Shown here in pieces: positions 61,721-64,000 of a stretch of DNA of 64,000 nt (the first letter of the stretch is position 1; each line of letters begins with the position of its first letter). Location of the stretch: positions 22,072,001 to 22,136,000 of the forward strand of contig NC_043005.1 in assembly GCF_006345805.1 (NCBI RefSeq), in the 5' to 3' direction. The notes below the pieces were generated by a model, which was given only the letters and a program-made list of their open reading frames with translations, made no database searches and had not been told where the DNA came from. The stretch comes from Octopus sinensis (taxonomy: Eukaryota). A program made the translations under genes and the position numbers.

Positions 61721-63769
61721 TGACATGCTACCTTCAGAAATGTTAACAACTTAATTAAAACTATAAATATTTTTCTTCAGTATTAATGTTGCTTTATTTA
61801 ACACCACCAACTGGATTTTGGGTCCTTTCAACACCACCAACTGACTTTTGGGTCCTTTCATACAGTTCACTTTGCAAGCATTTTATACAGATGATACTGC
61901 CATTTGTTCCTCCTGCAGGAGCACTATTTCCCTTTGGTGGAACTGTCATCTGGCTGTGCGTGATTTGTTTGGTTTAGCCAACTGAGTGCATTGCACATAG
62001 ATACACTCTGCCTGTTATAAGGCGTGAAAAGATTTTAGTCAGTTCCTGACAAGTCCTGAAAGAAACAAGATGCATTATCTCTTTGTTGTCAGAATTCACC
62101 TCCACTACGTGGAAAATATGTCTAATGGAAGAACACTCTAAATCTTAACAGTTTATGGACTAGTGGAATGTTATCATGTCTCACATTCTTTACATCTTGT
62201 ACCACATTTATATATTATGTAGTATCGTGGTGTTACGACTTTTAATATGATGCATACATATTTGTCTGGATTTGTAATTCTATAACCAGGAGCTCAAAAT
62301 TTTTCTTGTGTTCATCTGAGAATCTGTTATGCCATATTTCAGAATGCTATCGCTAATTCCTCCTGTAATAAATAATTTTCATTTTGTTAAACCTTCAGAG
62401 AATTGTCTATTATTTTTAGCACATGTCCACTAAAAATTGGTGACCTCAATATGGACTAAATATGAGTGACCCCAACATAGACTTAAAATTTGGCAGCCTG
62501 AGCTAAAAGAATTGCAGTCTCTTCGCTTGCATCTGAACTAAAAATTTAGTGATTCAAATGAACTTCTAGAATTCGTCTTTTTTGTCTTGCATTCGCAATT
62601 GATAGAATATACATCCTTTTCCATGAAAATACTTGTTCTTCCAAATAATAACCTTTCAAAGTATTTTTATCTCACCATGTCAACTGTCAACCTTTTATGT
62701 CACTGAATACAGCTTCATCTTTTTTGTTGCTTTTTACCGCACATTTGCCATTCTGAGCATTCATTTGCACTGGATGTGTGCTCAAAATACCAAGGGTCCT
62801 TTATTACATTTGCCTGTCTAGAATTTACCACATGGCCAGACTTCAACAACCATGCACACCAACAGCAACACCATTAATGTCATCACTACCTCAACCTTCA
62901 TACCAGACTACAGCCCCAGTACCTTGAACCTTGTAAACATCCTCCAGTTGGGGTCATATCAATGTTGTCTTTGTTTTGACATTGTGCAGTAGTAATTGCA
63001 AACAAGCATGATTATCATACAGTATCCTTCATTTTCCAATCTTCTGTGAAAGCATGTCTGGCCATAGAGAAATATTGCTTTATTTGGAAACAGGTGAAAA
63101 TTGGCAACAAGAAAAGCATTGGACTGTAGAAAATATACCTCAAAAATTTTGTCTGGCCTGTGCAAGCATGAAAAAAGATATTAAAGTGATGATCTCATGC
63201 ACACACATACACATGCTGTATATTTGGTCTCTATTTCAGATTGCTGATCGGCTGAGAGAACGTTTTGATAATTACATAAAAGTTTTAGGAACAAACAAGA
63301 TTACAGTGGAACATTTATACAAATTTCATGTGAAGCAACCTGTTACTCGTAAACTTAACTGCTGTAACCTGCCATTTAATGAACTAATGTGAGTATCTCT
63401 TTTTTTCATTAATATCTTATTAAAATGTTTCAAAACAATATAAGTACTCATGTGGGACAGAAAAAAAGCGGTTCCTCTGGCAGTTTTTTATTACTCACTT
63501 TGTTCTGTCTCAATTATGTTGCTAATCTCTTACAAAATTTATATTAAAACCTTAACTACTGCTTTGTAATAATGGGTAATTTGTGGTTAAAGTGATGATA
63601 TATGTTTATACTAGAAACCTGTTATGTTGTTTATCCTTTACACCATTTCAATAAATAGTTGTTCAAGTCTGTCCTTTACTAGCTCATCACTAAGCACAAA
63701 GATGTTCATGTAACTATGTATGTATGCATGAACAGGGTGACCATGATGTCTGGATACATAGGAAATATC

Positions 63770-63960
63770 ACTAACAAGCAGTATAGCTCGGCATTGCCCG
63801 GGATTAAGTTAGGATTATTAAGCTTTGTTTCAAACAAAACTAAGTAACACCGACGTCAGGTTTGAACGAAATCCGTTGAAATTAGTAAACGTTTGGCTGA
63901 AAATGGGTTGCAGACAATTTGATTGGTAAATCCTATAAGGAATTGGCTTATCAATTTTTC
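63770..63960 (+). mobile_element. Possible non-autonomous Helitron-like 5' end
   Basis: actaacaagcagtatagctcggcattgcccggg resembles the ACTAG..CCCG..GC.CGG 5' signature of small Helitron derivatives. The segment is locally CpG-rich. Confidence 0.3.
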
Positions 63961-64000
63961 CACTCATCATTTCTCTCTCTCTCTTTTTTTTTTTTTGGTT

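Noticed and set aside
59841-64000. Search for CACHD1 exon 3 (expected LA.K...KF-like helix)
   Set aside because: I saw no splice-bounded segment with the expected residues. The next exon probably lies beyond the window.

Overview
AT-rich, repeat-dense animal DNA. The SINE, RTE-LINE and (TA)n/(CA)n content suggests a coleoid cephalopod, probably Octopus (inference, not a database result). One protein-coding gene is recognisable: a CACHD1-like alpha2delta-family gene (VWFA and cache domain protein) on the + strand. Its coding exon 1 is 24152-24745 and its exon 2 is 59778-59840, separated by a 35-kb phase-0 intron. Exon 1 adds a ~143-aa disordered segment between the signal peptide and the conserved region. 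A CpG-rich promoter and non-coding first exon of an unidentified minus-strand transcript probably lies at ~6100-6500. The rest is mostly decayed mobile DNA: mariner/maT/pogo elements and MITEs, a Gypsy remnant, RTE, CR1, R4/Dong-like and Hero-like LINEs, Penelope-like elements and tRNA-derived SINEs. Most ORFs in the supplied track are spurious. The best leads are: a recursive-splice-like site or in-frame 57-nt cassette exon near the middle of the long intron; three oppositely oriented Penelope-like fragments with a loopless 72-bp palindrome; several hammerhead-ribozyme relics; an A/T-tract satellite that flips strand; and fold-back elements. There are no rRNA, true tRNA or CRISPR features. 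I ran no searches, so family assignments rest on motif recognition and repeat boundaries are approximate.
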